Shown here: piece by piece, positions 29,989 through 38,474 of the stretch
How the letters are laid out: each line of letters starts with the position of its first letter
Position numbering within the stretch: the stretch's first letter is position 1
Source: Candidatus Latescibacterota bacterium
GTDB taxonomy: Bacteria; Latescibacterota; UBA2968; UBA8231
NCBI GenBank assembly: GCA_965261395.1
Contig: OZ253462.1
Span: 736,001 to 800,000 of the forward strand
Reading direction: 5' to 3'
DNA: 64,000 bases
The notes under the pieces: model-generated
The model's database searches: none
Told to the model about the DNA's origin: nothing
What the model saw: the letters and a program-made list of their open reading frames with translations, nothing else
Made by a program: the position numbers and the translations under genes

Positions 29989-30393
29989 ATGGCCAAAAAA
30001 ACTAAAAAAACTAAAACCAATGACATCGATAACACCGATCTTGAGTTTAGGAAGTACGTCTTACGATACAGGATTTTCGAAAAGACCACACCCTGGTTCT
30101 GGGGTTGCATATTGGCCTTTATCTTCTATCTAACAGTGGATAGCTTAGCCGGTAAAACAACCTTGGTTGATTTTGCTCTTAAGACTATTCTTGATCTTTC
30201 TCTTGATAGGTACGCTTCTTACCTCCTTACGCTCTTTGCAACTTCTTGGGCCATAAAAGAAAGTATACTGCGGAAAAAGACCATAAAGGAACTTGCCCCG
30301 GCGAAAGAAAATTCTGAGAAACTTATTGATCCTAACCGCGTCTCAAGTGACCTGACAGAAACAGGCGATACCCGACCGGAGGATAAGCTATGA
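29989..30393 (+). CDS. Hypothetical two-TM membrane protein (AT-rich)
   Basis: 134 aa; two hydrophobic segments around LAGKTT; C-terminal IDPNRVSSDLTETGDTRPED. Confidence 0.8.
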   Translation: MAKKTKKTKTNDIDNTDLEFRKYVLRYRIFEKTTPWFWGCILAFIFYLTVDSLAGKTTLVDFALKTILDLSLDRYASYLLTLFATSWAIKESILRKKTIKELAPAKENSEKLIDPNRVSSDLTETGDTRPEDKL

Positions 30394-30992
30394 ATCTCGA
30401 AATGGAAGCAATCGTAGCAGGCATTAGGCTTTTAGTTTGCCTGTCTATCGGGTGGATCATTTACTTCTGGGGCTATCGGAAGTACCGGACTGATTTACTC
30501 CGATACAAACTATTTATACTGCGGGATTCACTTTTCAGAACAACTTATAACATGGGGATTCCCTTTGACTCCCCCGCATATGTAGCGGTCCGTGACGTGC
30601 TAAATGGGCTTTTGCGTCATGCTCACAGAGTGAATCTTGGGGGATTACTGATTGTCTATTGGTGGAAAGACAAAGTCCCACAAAAAGAAGTAGAAGATTT
30701 AGAAGGAGTATTCGCAGCTATAAATGATGAAAAATATAAGAAGGTTATAATTGATACCTGTGAACGTATTATAAAAGAATTATTTTGGCACATACTAAAA
30801 GGTGCCCCTATCCTTTTTCTGTACTTGGTGTTCAAATTTTGCGCCGCGCTTACTCAAGAAAGCCGCAAGGCGTTCAAATTCAATATACAATCTTTGCAAC
30901 GCTTAGTTTGGGAAACTCACGTAAGATACGCAGCGGTGTTGACTGCATGGATATTCAAGACCTCTCCTACTCATAAGCACCTTGGAGGATAG
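30390..30992 (+). CDS. Hypothetical membrane protein (AT-rich)
   Basis: 200 aa; ATGA overlap and GGAGG RBS; N-terminal TM then YRTDLLRYKLFILRDSLF...FDSPAY. Confidence 0.8.
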   Translation: MNLEMEAIVAGIRLLVCLSIGWIIYFWGYRKYRTDLLRYKLFILRDSLFRTTYNMGIPFDSPAYVAVRDVLNGLLRHAHRVNLGGLLIVYWWKDKVPQKEVEDLEGVFAAINDEKYKKVIIDTCERIIKELFWHILKGAPILFLYLVFKFCAALTQESRKAFKFNIQSLQRLVWETHVRYAAVLTAWIFKTSPTHKHLGG

Positions 30993-31190
30993 GTCTCCCT
31001 TTCTTGTCATTCCGTAACACATTGCGTAACATACTATTACGGACAATCCTCCACGCCACAGGAAGGGGCCACTCAAAGCCAACAGCCTCCTTCTAAAACG
31101 CTCCTATGTCTAAGCAACAACCCATCTCGTGAAGGATCATCGGATAGAGCTAGCCCTCTGTCTGGGCTAGCGTAATGTTGTCCGGGTCCA

Positions 31191-31288
31191 CGGCGATCCT
31201 GAACGTCCAAGCAGAGCAGCTAGTTCTCAAAGTCATTTGCAGCAGATCGTCCGCCGCGCCCGAGTCCGGCAGACGATACAGCGCTGTG
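31191..31288 (+). repeat. Direct repeat A, right copy
   Basis: CGGCGATCCTGAACGTCCAAGCAGAGCAGCTAGTTCTCAAAGTCATTTGCAG ... GAGTCCGGCAGACGATACAG. Confidence 0.9.
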
Positions 31289-31445
31289 TAGTATTCTGCA
31301 CAGCGCTTTTTGCGGCATGCGCCTGTCTTCTCTGAAAATTGGGCTTGCAAAGCACTGGTACGCCAATTGCAAGAGTCTTGGGCCGACTGCTCAGGCGAGT
31401 TATATTTTTCCGCGAGGTCCTACCACGCCGATCCAATCCTCTCGA

Positions 31446-31514
31446 ATGACCAAACATAAAAACGTCCTCTTGCTCATCGCCGATAATTGGTCGCGGCTAG
31501 CCACCTGTTTTTGA
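31446..31514 (+). pseudogene. Sulfatase N-terminal fragment
   Basis: MTKHKNVLLLIADNW resembles the sulfatase first strand (NVLLIIADD); stop after 22 codons. Confidence 0.5.
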
Positions 31515-31524
31515 GCGCGGTATT

Positions 31525-33435
31525 ATGAGCCAGCCCTGCATCAGCGACGCCTCCTCCCTCAAGCCTCCCCCAGCCGTTCTCGACGCCGCGCTGGGCCGGC
31601 TCGGCTTTGCGAGTTTTCTACCCGGTCAACGCGAGGCCATAGAAACCCTGCTCGACATCGGTCGCCTGCTTTTGGTCGCCCCCACCGGCGGTGGCAAGAG
31701 CTTGACCTACCAGCTACCCGCGGCCCTCCTGCCGGGCACGGCCTTAGTGGTCTCGCCGCTCATCGCCCTGATGCACGATCAAGTCCAAGCACTAGAGCGG
31801 CGCGGCCTCGCCGCCACGTACCTATCCTCGACCCTCGATGGCGACGAGTTGCGCCGCCGCATGTACGGGGTGGCCCAAGGCCAGTACAAGCTGGTCTATG
31901 CCGCGCCCGAGCGGCTGACCTTCTCCGGCTTCCGCGCGCTCCTGAGCCAGATCAAGTGCTCGCTTATTGCCGTGGACGAGGCCCACTGCATCAGTGAGTG
32001 GGGCCACGACTTCCGGCCCGAGTACTTGCAGATTGGTGAGCTGGTCCGCGAGCTGCCCGACTGTAGGGTTCTCGCTTGCACCGCCACGGCCACGCCGGTG
32101 GTACGCGACGAAATCCTCGAGCGCCTCGGGCTACCGAGCGACACCCCACAGCTATTGCGCGGCTTTGCCCGGCCCAACCTTTCGCTGCGAGTCACCGAAA
32201 TCAACAGCGCCGCCGAGCGGCGACAGCGGATTGATGCGCTGCTGGCCGAAGCCCTCGATGCGCCCGACCAAAGGCCAGGTACTGCCATAGTCTATGCCCC
32301 CACCCGCAAGAGTACCGAAGAAGAAGCCGCCCGCCTCCAAGGGGATGGCTGGCGAGCGGCCGCCTATCACGCGGGCATGGAGGGGCCAGACCGAGACTCC
32401 GTTCAGAGCGCCTTTATCGAAGACCGAGTCCAAATCGTCGTCGCCACCAACGCCTTTGGCATGGGCATTGACCGCGCCGATGTGCGCGCCATTGCCCACT
32501 TGGCCCCGCCCAGCTCGGTCGAGGCGTACTATCAGGAGGTCGGCCGCGCCGGCCGTGATGGAGAGGATGCCTACTGCTTGCTGCTGATCTCCTCCGGCGA
32601 CATGGCACTGCGCCGCCGCCTGATCGAAAGCGATGCCCTTGAGCAGACGGTGGTCCAGCACAAGTGGAATCTCTTTTTGGAACTGATGCGCTGGAGCGAA
32701 GGCGGCTCCTGTCGCCACGACGCTATTCTGCGCTACTTCGGCGACGAGGAGGAAACGCTCTCGGGCTGTGGCCGCTGCGACGTCTGCTGTAACCTCTCCC
32801 ATGCCGAAGCAGGCGACGCCACAGAAGCCGCCACTACTGTGCGCAAAGCCCTGTGCGCGGTCGCCCGTCTGCACGGACGCTACGGCATCCAAATGGCGGC
32901 CAAGCTCCTGCGCGGCACCACGGACGCACGCCTTGCACGCGACGGCCTAGATCGGACCCCCACCTTTGGCATCCTCAAGGAGCATTCTGAGCGGTGGCTT
33001 TTGCAACTTTTGCGCCGGCTAGTAACGGCCGGTTGGGTCGATTTCTTCGGTGGAGAGCGGCCGGTCGTGGTCCTCACGGAGGAAGGACGCCAAGTCATTC
33101 ACGCCGAGCGGCCCGCGCGCCTGCTGCTGCCGCCGAAGTCGGCCTCGCTCCCGGCATCTCGCACCGCGCACGTCCGTCCTCGCATCCCCGATCCCGGCGG
33201 GGAATTCGACGAAAACGCTCAAGCCCTCTTTGAGTCACTGCGCCATTATCGCATGACACTGGCCCGCGACGAAAAGGTGCCTCCCTACGTCATCGCCAGC
33301 GACCGCACACTCCGCGATATCGTCCTGCTGCGGCCTGCCAACCTCGAAGAACTCAAGCTGGCGCACGGCATTGGTCCGGCCAAGGCCGAAAAATACGGCG
33401 ACGGCCTACTAGCTATCGTCCAACAGGCCGCCTAA
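31525..33435 (+). CDS. recQ: ATP-dependent DNA helicase RecQ
   Basis: PTGGGKS, VDEAHCISEWGHDFRP, ATNAFGMGID, QEVGRAGRDG, Zn/RQC and HRDC domains. Confidence 0.96.
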   Translation: MSQPCISDASSLKPPPAVLDAALGRLGFASFLPGQREAIETLLDIGRLLLVAPTGGGKSLTYQLPAALLPGTALVVSPLIALMHDQVQALERRGLAATYLSSTLDGDELRRRMYGVAQGQYKLVYAAPERLTFSGFRALLSQIKCSLIAVDEAHCISEWGHDFRPEYLQIGELVRELPDCRVLACTATATPVVRDEILERLGLPSDTPQLLRGFARPNLSLRVTEINSAAERRQRIDALLAEALDAPDQRPGTAIVYAPTRKSTEEEAARLQGDGWRAAAYHAGMEGPDRDSVQSAFIEDRVQIVVATNAFGMGIDRADVRAIAHLAPPSSVEAYYQEVGRAGRDGEDAYCLLLISSGDMALRRRLIESDALEQTVVQHKWNLFLELMRWSEGGSCRHDAILRYFGDEEETLSGCGRCDVCCNLSHAEAGDATEAATTVRKALCAVARLHGRYGIQMAAKLLRGTTDARLARDGLDRTPTFGILKEHSERWLLQLLRRLVTAGWVDFFGGERPVVVLTEEGRQVIHAERPARLLLPPKSASLPASRTAHVRPRIPDPGGEFDENAQALFESLRHYRMTLARDEKVPPYVIASDRTLRDIVLLRPANLEELKLAHGIGPAKAEKYGDGLLAIVQQAA

Positions 33436-33441
33436 CTCGCT
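33399..33441 (+). repeat. Direct repeat B, left copy (recQ 3' end)
   Basis: CGACGGCCTACTAGCTATCGTCCAACAGGCCGCCTAACTCGCT, 42/43 identical to 42473-42515. Confidence 0.95.
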
Positions 33442-33690
33442 GGTCTGCGCCGGGGGCCGGTGGGATAAGCCACCACCCCTCGGTCGGCCACCAGCTTGCC
33501 AAACAGGTCACGCACCAAGCCCCACCCATAATTTCAAAGCAGTCCACTACCGTTTTTTGCTTGACGTAAACAGTTACAGGCCCTTTTTATTTTTGAATGT
33601 AAGCATTTGCATCTGGTTGGCGTCTTTTCGCCGCGCGGAATTCGTTTGTACGTCGTCTCCTTCTAAAGAGGAAAAGGAGTACCAAGATTT

Positions 33691-36600
33691 ATGCCGTTTC
33701 TCATGGTCTGTCTTGTTGGCCTGTTGGTTTCCGTTCACGCGAGTCCGGTTTCGTCGCCGGTCATTTCGGGTCAGGTGCGGCTGTCGGATGGGTTGCTGGT
33801 GGCGGGTGCGCAGGTGGTGCTGTTTGACGTAGCCGATCTGCGCCGAGGGGCGGTGGGGCAAGCCACCACCGACGAGGCGGGGCAGTTTGCACTGCCGCTG
33901 GCGGCGGGAGGGGCGTTCGTGCTGCCGCAAGAGGTTGGGTTGGGGCCAAACTATCCCAATCCGTTCAATCCCTCGACGCTGATTCCCTATCAACTTTCGG
34001 CCTCTTCGCCGGTGCGGTTGGAGGTGTTCAACATTTTGGGGCAGCGGGTGACGACGCTGGTGGATGGCGAACAAGGGGCCGGGTCGTATGTGGCGCGGTG
34101 GGATGGCACGGATGCGGCAGGTCGTGCGGCGGCCTCGGGGGTGTATTTCTACCGCTTGACCGTGGCAGGTGCGCATTGGACGGGCAAGATGGTGCTGGTG
34201 GATGGGCAGGCGGGGGTGCCGCTGGGCGGGGCGCGTGGTGCGGCGGTGCCGCTGGCGGCGGGATCAACGGCGACGTATGGGTTGGTGGTTTCAGGGGAAG
34301 GGCTGGTTACGTATGTGGACGCGGACTTTGTCGTCGCGGCGGGTCAGGGGCCGGTGGCTATTGAGATGGCGGCGGAGCCGCAGGTGCGGATGAAGGTGAC
34401 GGTGGCGACGTTGGAGGGGATGCTCGGCGATGTGAATGCCGATGGCCACGTGGACATGGACGACGGGCTGCTGGTGGCCATGTATAGTGTTCATCCCGCC
34501 CTATCGCTTCCTAACCACGGCTTGATGACGCTGGGCGATGTCAACTGCGATGGTCGCGTCGAGCTGGCCGACGCGGGGCTGCTGGCCACCTATGTAGCCC
34601 ATCCGTCCGATGCGGCGGTCGCGTCGCTGCGGATTGGTCAACGGGGTGGGTACTCGCTGAACCCGGTTACGGAGGTGGTGTGGGCCTCGATCCTCGGCAC
34701 GGACAAAAAAGACGCCACGGTGGCGCGGTTGCTCGACGGGGTGCCGGTGCTGCTGTCGGGTGTCCTGCCTGTTGACGGCGAGGATCGCCTCTATCTTGGC
34801 CTGGACCGCGCCTACTGGACCCAACAGGGCGGCAAACGGCTCTACGAAGCCTTAAAGCAGCGCTTTCCGGCCACGCCCATTCACGTGGAGCCGTCGATCG
34901 GTGTGGTTCGGCAGGATGGGAAGGGGACAAGGCGGCCAACCACGACGGCCCTCAGAACCGTGGCCCCGGTGACGCGCTTTGGTCCGCCGATCTCCTTTGC
35001 TGAATCGCCCAACGCCGGGTTGCCCGACCACAGCAAGGCACAGCAGGTGGTGGGCCGTATTGGGGTGCCGCATGACGCGACGGTCGGCTCTGTTGCCGTG
35101 GCGGTGGATATCACCCACCCATCTAGCAGTGACCTGAAGATTGAGCTCGTCGCGCCGAGTGGGGTCGCGACGACGCTCTACGACGGGGTCCGAGAGGGGA
35201 TTAACCCCGAGGCCAACCTCGTCGGCGAGTTGCCGGTTTCCACCGAACTGCAAGGACAGCGGGCCAAGGGTACTTGGCAATTGCGTGTTGGTGACTACGA
35301 ACGGGGCGATGCAGGAACCTTGAACTCCTGGACGTTGACCGTGACCCCGGCACAGGATGCTGAGGAGACCGAAGAGCCGATCAACGTCTTTCTGGACACT
35401 TTCCAGGAAGGACTCGGGGCATGGCGCACCACCGAGTGGGAAGCGGCATCGCTTGATACGGACACGAGTGTTCCTGGTGAAGGTCCGGGGAACGTGGTTG
35501 CAAAAGCAGAAGGCTGTTCGGTCTGTTTCCTGACCCTTGAGACACCGGTTGACCTCTCAGCATACGACTCTGTTACCCTGTCGTTCTACCGCTGGCTCGA
35601 CCCCGGCACCGCAGACAACGAGTTCCTCGGTATTGATATCGGTAACAACGGCTCCTACCAACGGCTGACGAACTGGAGCGGTCAAAACGCTGACGGTCAG
35701 TGGCACCTCGAGACCTTTACGCTCTCCGGTGACCAGATCAGTAATGCCTTTTCTCTGCGGTTCTTCGGTATCACCACCAATGACTTCACCACCGTTGCAA
35801 TCGACAATGTGATGATTGCTGCTGCGCCGGGGTCGGTCGTTGTCGAGCCGGTTGAGCCGGGGGAACCTGAAGAAGAGGAGGAGCCGGGGGAACCTGAGGA
35901 GGACCCAGAAGAAACGGAACAGCCAGACCTCACCGTTACGTACGCCGTTACGCCGCCACGGTCCGCGCAGTCGGGCAGCACGATTGCGCTCTACACACGA
36001 GTAACCAATACCGGCACCACCCCCTCGGCAGCAACCGTTGCACGCCTCTACCGACACACCGCGACAACCCCAACCCCAACCCTTGGCGGGACACCAGAGA
36101 CCGCAACCACCGCAATCCCGGCCTTGGAGCCCGGTTCGTCAATACTCAAAGCACTGAGAGCGACTGCACCAGCTATCCCATCAACCTACCACTATTACGT
36201 CTGTGTGGAGGGTAGCTGCAGCGAAGCCGCCGCCGTGTCCGTGCAGACAACGACAGACACGACCCCTGAACCAGAAACACCGACAACCGTCACCGGCTTC
36301 TCTGTTACCAATCCAACCGCTACCCCATCATCACTACAGTCAACTGACACTCTGACGATACAGGCAACCATTACCAATACCGGTACCGAGACAGACGATG
36401 CAGCTATCTATGTCTACCGACACACACAAGAGACAACGACACCACGAACTGGCGGTACCAGAGAATCAAACACCGCAACAACCGGCACCCTTGCACCAAA
36501 CGCATCAGTAACGGTAACAAGTACCCACAGTGCACCAACAGTATTACGTACAACACGGTACTACTACTACATCTGTGCTGACACCTTCTGTACAACTGAT

Positions 36601-37569
36601 CCTGCTACTGTCCTCGTCCGTGTCAAACCGGAAGATCCTGGTCCGCCGTACGAACACTGCTTTGCTATCCCAAAACGAAGTACCCCCATGGGTGGTGATG
36701 CTATGCTTTCCCTCTTTATTGGAGATCCAGACGGAGAGATCCCTAGAACCTGTGGCACCATCACCCTTGGCGGTGTTGAAACCACCACCGGTGTCCGCGG
36801 CTTCATTGCATCCGGCCACGTTGTTGTGAGGAGCACCTATGATGATGAAATATCACGATCCATTGGAGACTACTCCAGAACTGCCACTCTGATCGGACAC
36901 GGCAGGAGCGCTGGCTTTGCCAAAGAGCTGCAGCACTTCCTCGGCAAAGTCTTCCAAATGCCATCCTTCTCCGTGGAAGGAGACAAGCGAATCCTCTCCA
37001 CTGACGCTGCTCTCGTTGCGTACCCACATCCCAAAACAGCCGGCTGTTCTCTGACCTGGAGCGGTGACGGTGAAGACTTCTGCCTTGACCTCGGAAGCGA
37101 TGACTACATTGAACGCCTCGTCCCACTCACCATCCGCGGTGCAAATGGTGAAACCTACAAGGTTGTCGGATCACAAGAGCCGACAGAAGGATTGCCTATC
37201 CAAGTCTCTGGCGCTGTAACCGGTATTCCCATTAGCAGTGTTGCCAAGGGGGATGAGCTCTTGGTGGGTGGTGGTTATACTACTGACGGATTCTCTTATG
37301 AATATGTTAACTACTCCCGTGGCGGCAAATCCACCAGAGGAAACAGTGGTGCTCCTGTCTACACCATTCCTGATGCAGATGGCAACGTTCGCATCGTGGG
37401 GGTTCTGATAGGATCACGGCCAGACGAAGACCCAAGCGAATCTACGCTCATTTTCACCTCATGGAAAAAGGTCAAAGACGAATTCAACCTACGACCGATT
37501 GCCGCTCCCGATGGCCCCACCGAGGAAGATGAGGCGGATTTGGCGGGATTGTTTTCAGCCTTTGATTGA
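33691..37569 (+). CDS. Secreted multidomain S1-type serine protease, copy 1 (FlgD/T9SS-A-like Ig, dockerin, P-domain, CARDB-like, protease)
   Basis: Signal peptide, NYPNPFNP, GDVNADG/GDVNCDG, DITH..DL.I.L..PSG..GTWQLRV.D, then ASGH / DAALV / GNSGAP triad. Confidence 0.8.
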   Translation: MPFLMVCLVGLLVSVHASPVSSPVISGQVRLSDGLLVAGAQVVLFDVADLRRGAVGQATTDEAGQFALPLAAGGAFVLPQEVGLGPNYPNPFNPSTLIPYQLSASSPVRLEVFNILGQRVTTLVDGEQGAGSYVARWDGTDAAGRAAASGVYFYRLTVAGAHWTGKMVLVDGQAGVPLGGARGAAVPLAAGSTATYGLVVSGEGLVTYVDADFVVAAGQGPVAIEMAAEPQVRMKVTVATLEGMLGDVNADGHVDMDDGLLVAMYSVHPALSLPNHGLMTLGDVNCDGRVELADAGLLATYVAHPSDAAVASLRIGQRGGYSLNPVTEVVWASILGTDKKDATVARLLDGVPVLLSGVLPVDGEDRLYLGLDRAYWTQQGGKRLYEALKQRFPATPIHVEPSIGVVRQDGKGTRRPTTTALRTVAPVTRFGPPISFAESPNAGLPDHSKAQQVVGRIGVPHDATVGSVAVAVDITHPSSSDLKIELVAPSGVATTLYDGVREGINPEANLVGELPVSTELQGQRAKGTWQLRVGDYERGDAGTLNSWTLTVTPAQDAEETEEPINVFLDTFQEGLGAWRTTEWEAASLDTDTSVPGEGPGNVVAKAEGCSVCFLTLETPVDLSAYDSVTLSFYRWLDPGTADNEFLGIDIGNNGSYQRLTNWSGQNADGQWHLETFTLSGDQISNAFSLRFFGITTNDFTTVAIDNVMIAAAPGSVVVEPVEPGEPEEEEEPGEPEEDPEETEQPDLTVTYAVTPPRSAQSGSTIALYTRVTNTGTTPSAATVARLYRHTATTPTPTLGGTPETATTAIPALEPGSSILKALRATAPAIPSTYHYYVCVEGSCSEAAAVSVQTTTDTTPEPETPTTVTGFSVTNPTATPSSLQSTDTLTIQATITNTGTETDDAAIYVYRHTQETTTPRTGGTRESNTATTGTLAPNASVTVTSTHSAPTVLRTTRYYYYICADTFCTTDPATVLVRVKPEDPGPPYEHCFAIPKRSTPMGGDAMLSLFIGDPDGEIPRTCGTITLGGVETTTGVRGFIASGHVVVRSTYDDEISRSIGDYSRTATLIGHGRSAGFAKELQHFLGKVFQMPSFSVEGDKRILSTDAALVAYPHPKTAGCSLTWSGDGEDFCLDLGSDDYIERLVPLTIRGANGETYKVVGSQEPTEGLPIQVSGAVTGIPISSVAKGDELLVGGGYTTDGFSYEYVNYSRGGKSTRGNSGAPVYTIPDADGNVRIVGVLIGSRPDEDPSESTLIFTSWKKVKDEFNLRPIAAPDGPTEEDEADLAGLFSAFD

Positions 37570-37659
37570 GCAAATCCACTTCCATGCCCACCGATTCGAG
37601 GGCCGTTACCCCAGCCACGGCTCGGCGTTCGCGTCGCCGAAGATAATCGGGTCGCCGAC
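37550..37659 (-). pseudogene. Clan AA (retropepsin-like) aspartic protease 3' remnant; second copy at 42367-42476
   Basis: VGDPIIFGDANAEPWLG, frameshift, VTALESVGMEVDLLNQRLK. Confidence 0.65.
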
Positions 37660-37704
37660 GGTTGAGCTAAGCGGGGATGCGACGAATGTATCGAGCGCGT
37701 CGAG

Positions 37705-38067
37705 CTAATCGGTCGCAGCCGGCGGCTGGGAGATGCGAATCCGCCCGCCGCGAATCGTGATGATCGCCTGCATTTCAAGCGCCTGCCGATGCCGCTTGAG
37801 CAACTCGGCCATTAAGGCGATGCGTTGCTCGGTCGGCACGTCCGGGAGGCGTACCAACCCCGCATGTGGAACTTCCCAAACGAACACCAGCTTGCCGAAA
37901 TCGGTATCAATCGTCACGAGAATTCTTTGTTCGTTAGAGGCGATTTTGAGCAACGCCCGGTCGCCTGGGTCTGGTCCAAGCGCACGCGACTCGACGACGT
38001 CATGGCCTTGGCCACGCAACCACTCGGCTAGCAGGCGGCCGGCACACTGGTCAATGAGGAATTTCAA
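37705..38067 (-). CDS. DUF5615 PIN-like toxin (VapC45-like)
   Basis: KFLIDQC, GHDV, D..LL, ILVTIDTDFG; TTG start overlaps the antitoxin stop. Confidence 0.88.
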   Translation of the reverse strand: MKFLIDQCAGRLLAEWLRGQGHDVVESRALGPDPGDRALLKIASNEQRILVTIDTDFGKLVFVWEVPHAGLVRLPDVPTEQRIALMAELLKRHRQALEMQAIITIRGGRIRISQPPAATD

Positions 38068-38312
38068 GGGGCTGCTATGGCTACGGCGGACAGCGTATCG
38101 TGCGAGATCACTGCGTGCGCGTAGGCAACACACGCCTGCAGGTCGGCCGGTTCGAGTTCGGGGTAATCGGCTAAAATGGCCTCTGGATCTACCCCTTGGG
38201 CCAACAAGCTCAGGATGAGTTCCACCGAGATACGCATGTCGCGAATGATGGGCTTGCCATCGAAAATATCCGGACGCACCGTGATGCGCTTGAGGAGTTC
38301 GGAATGGGTCAT
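38064..38312 (-). CDS. DUF433 antitoxin (VapB45-like)
   Basis: RITVRPDIFDGKPIIRDMRISV...ILADYPELE..D..AC..YA. Confidence 0.92.
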   Translation of the reverse strand: MTHSELLKRITVRPDIFDGKPIIRDMRISVELILSLLAQGVDPEAILADYPELEPADLQACVAYAHAVISHDTLSAVAIAAP

Positions 38313-38474
38313 GTTGCACTCCGTGGTGGGTTTGATCGTAAGGCTGCGTAACGTCAATTAATATAGTATAGGGGAATTTCGTGGTTAGGAAATTCTTTGC
38401 TACTTTGAGGGGATGTTGTAGTTAGCGTTTTTTCGCCGCACGGCTATTCTGCTCGCAAAGGAGTACAAGGAGTT

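Noticed and set aside
29619-31288. CRISPR array or integron attC interpretation of direct repeat A
   Set aside because: Only two copies 1.5 kb apart, no spacer periodicity, no cas or intI gene, no clear RYYYAAC/GTTRRRY boxes
35845-35915. EPGEPEEEEEPGEPEED short tandem repeat
   Set aside because: Ordinary linker slippage (two units in copy 1, one in copy 2)
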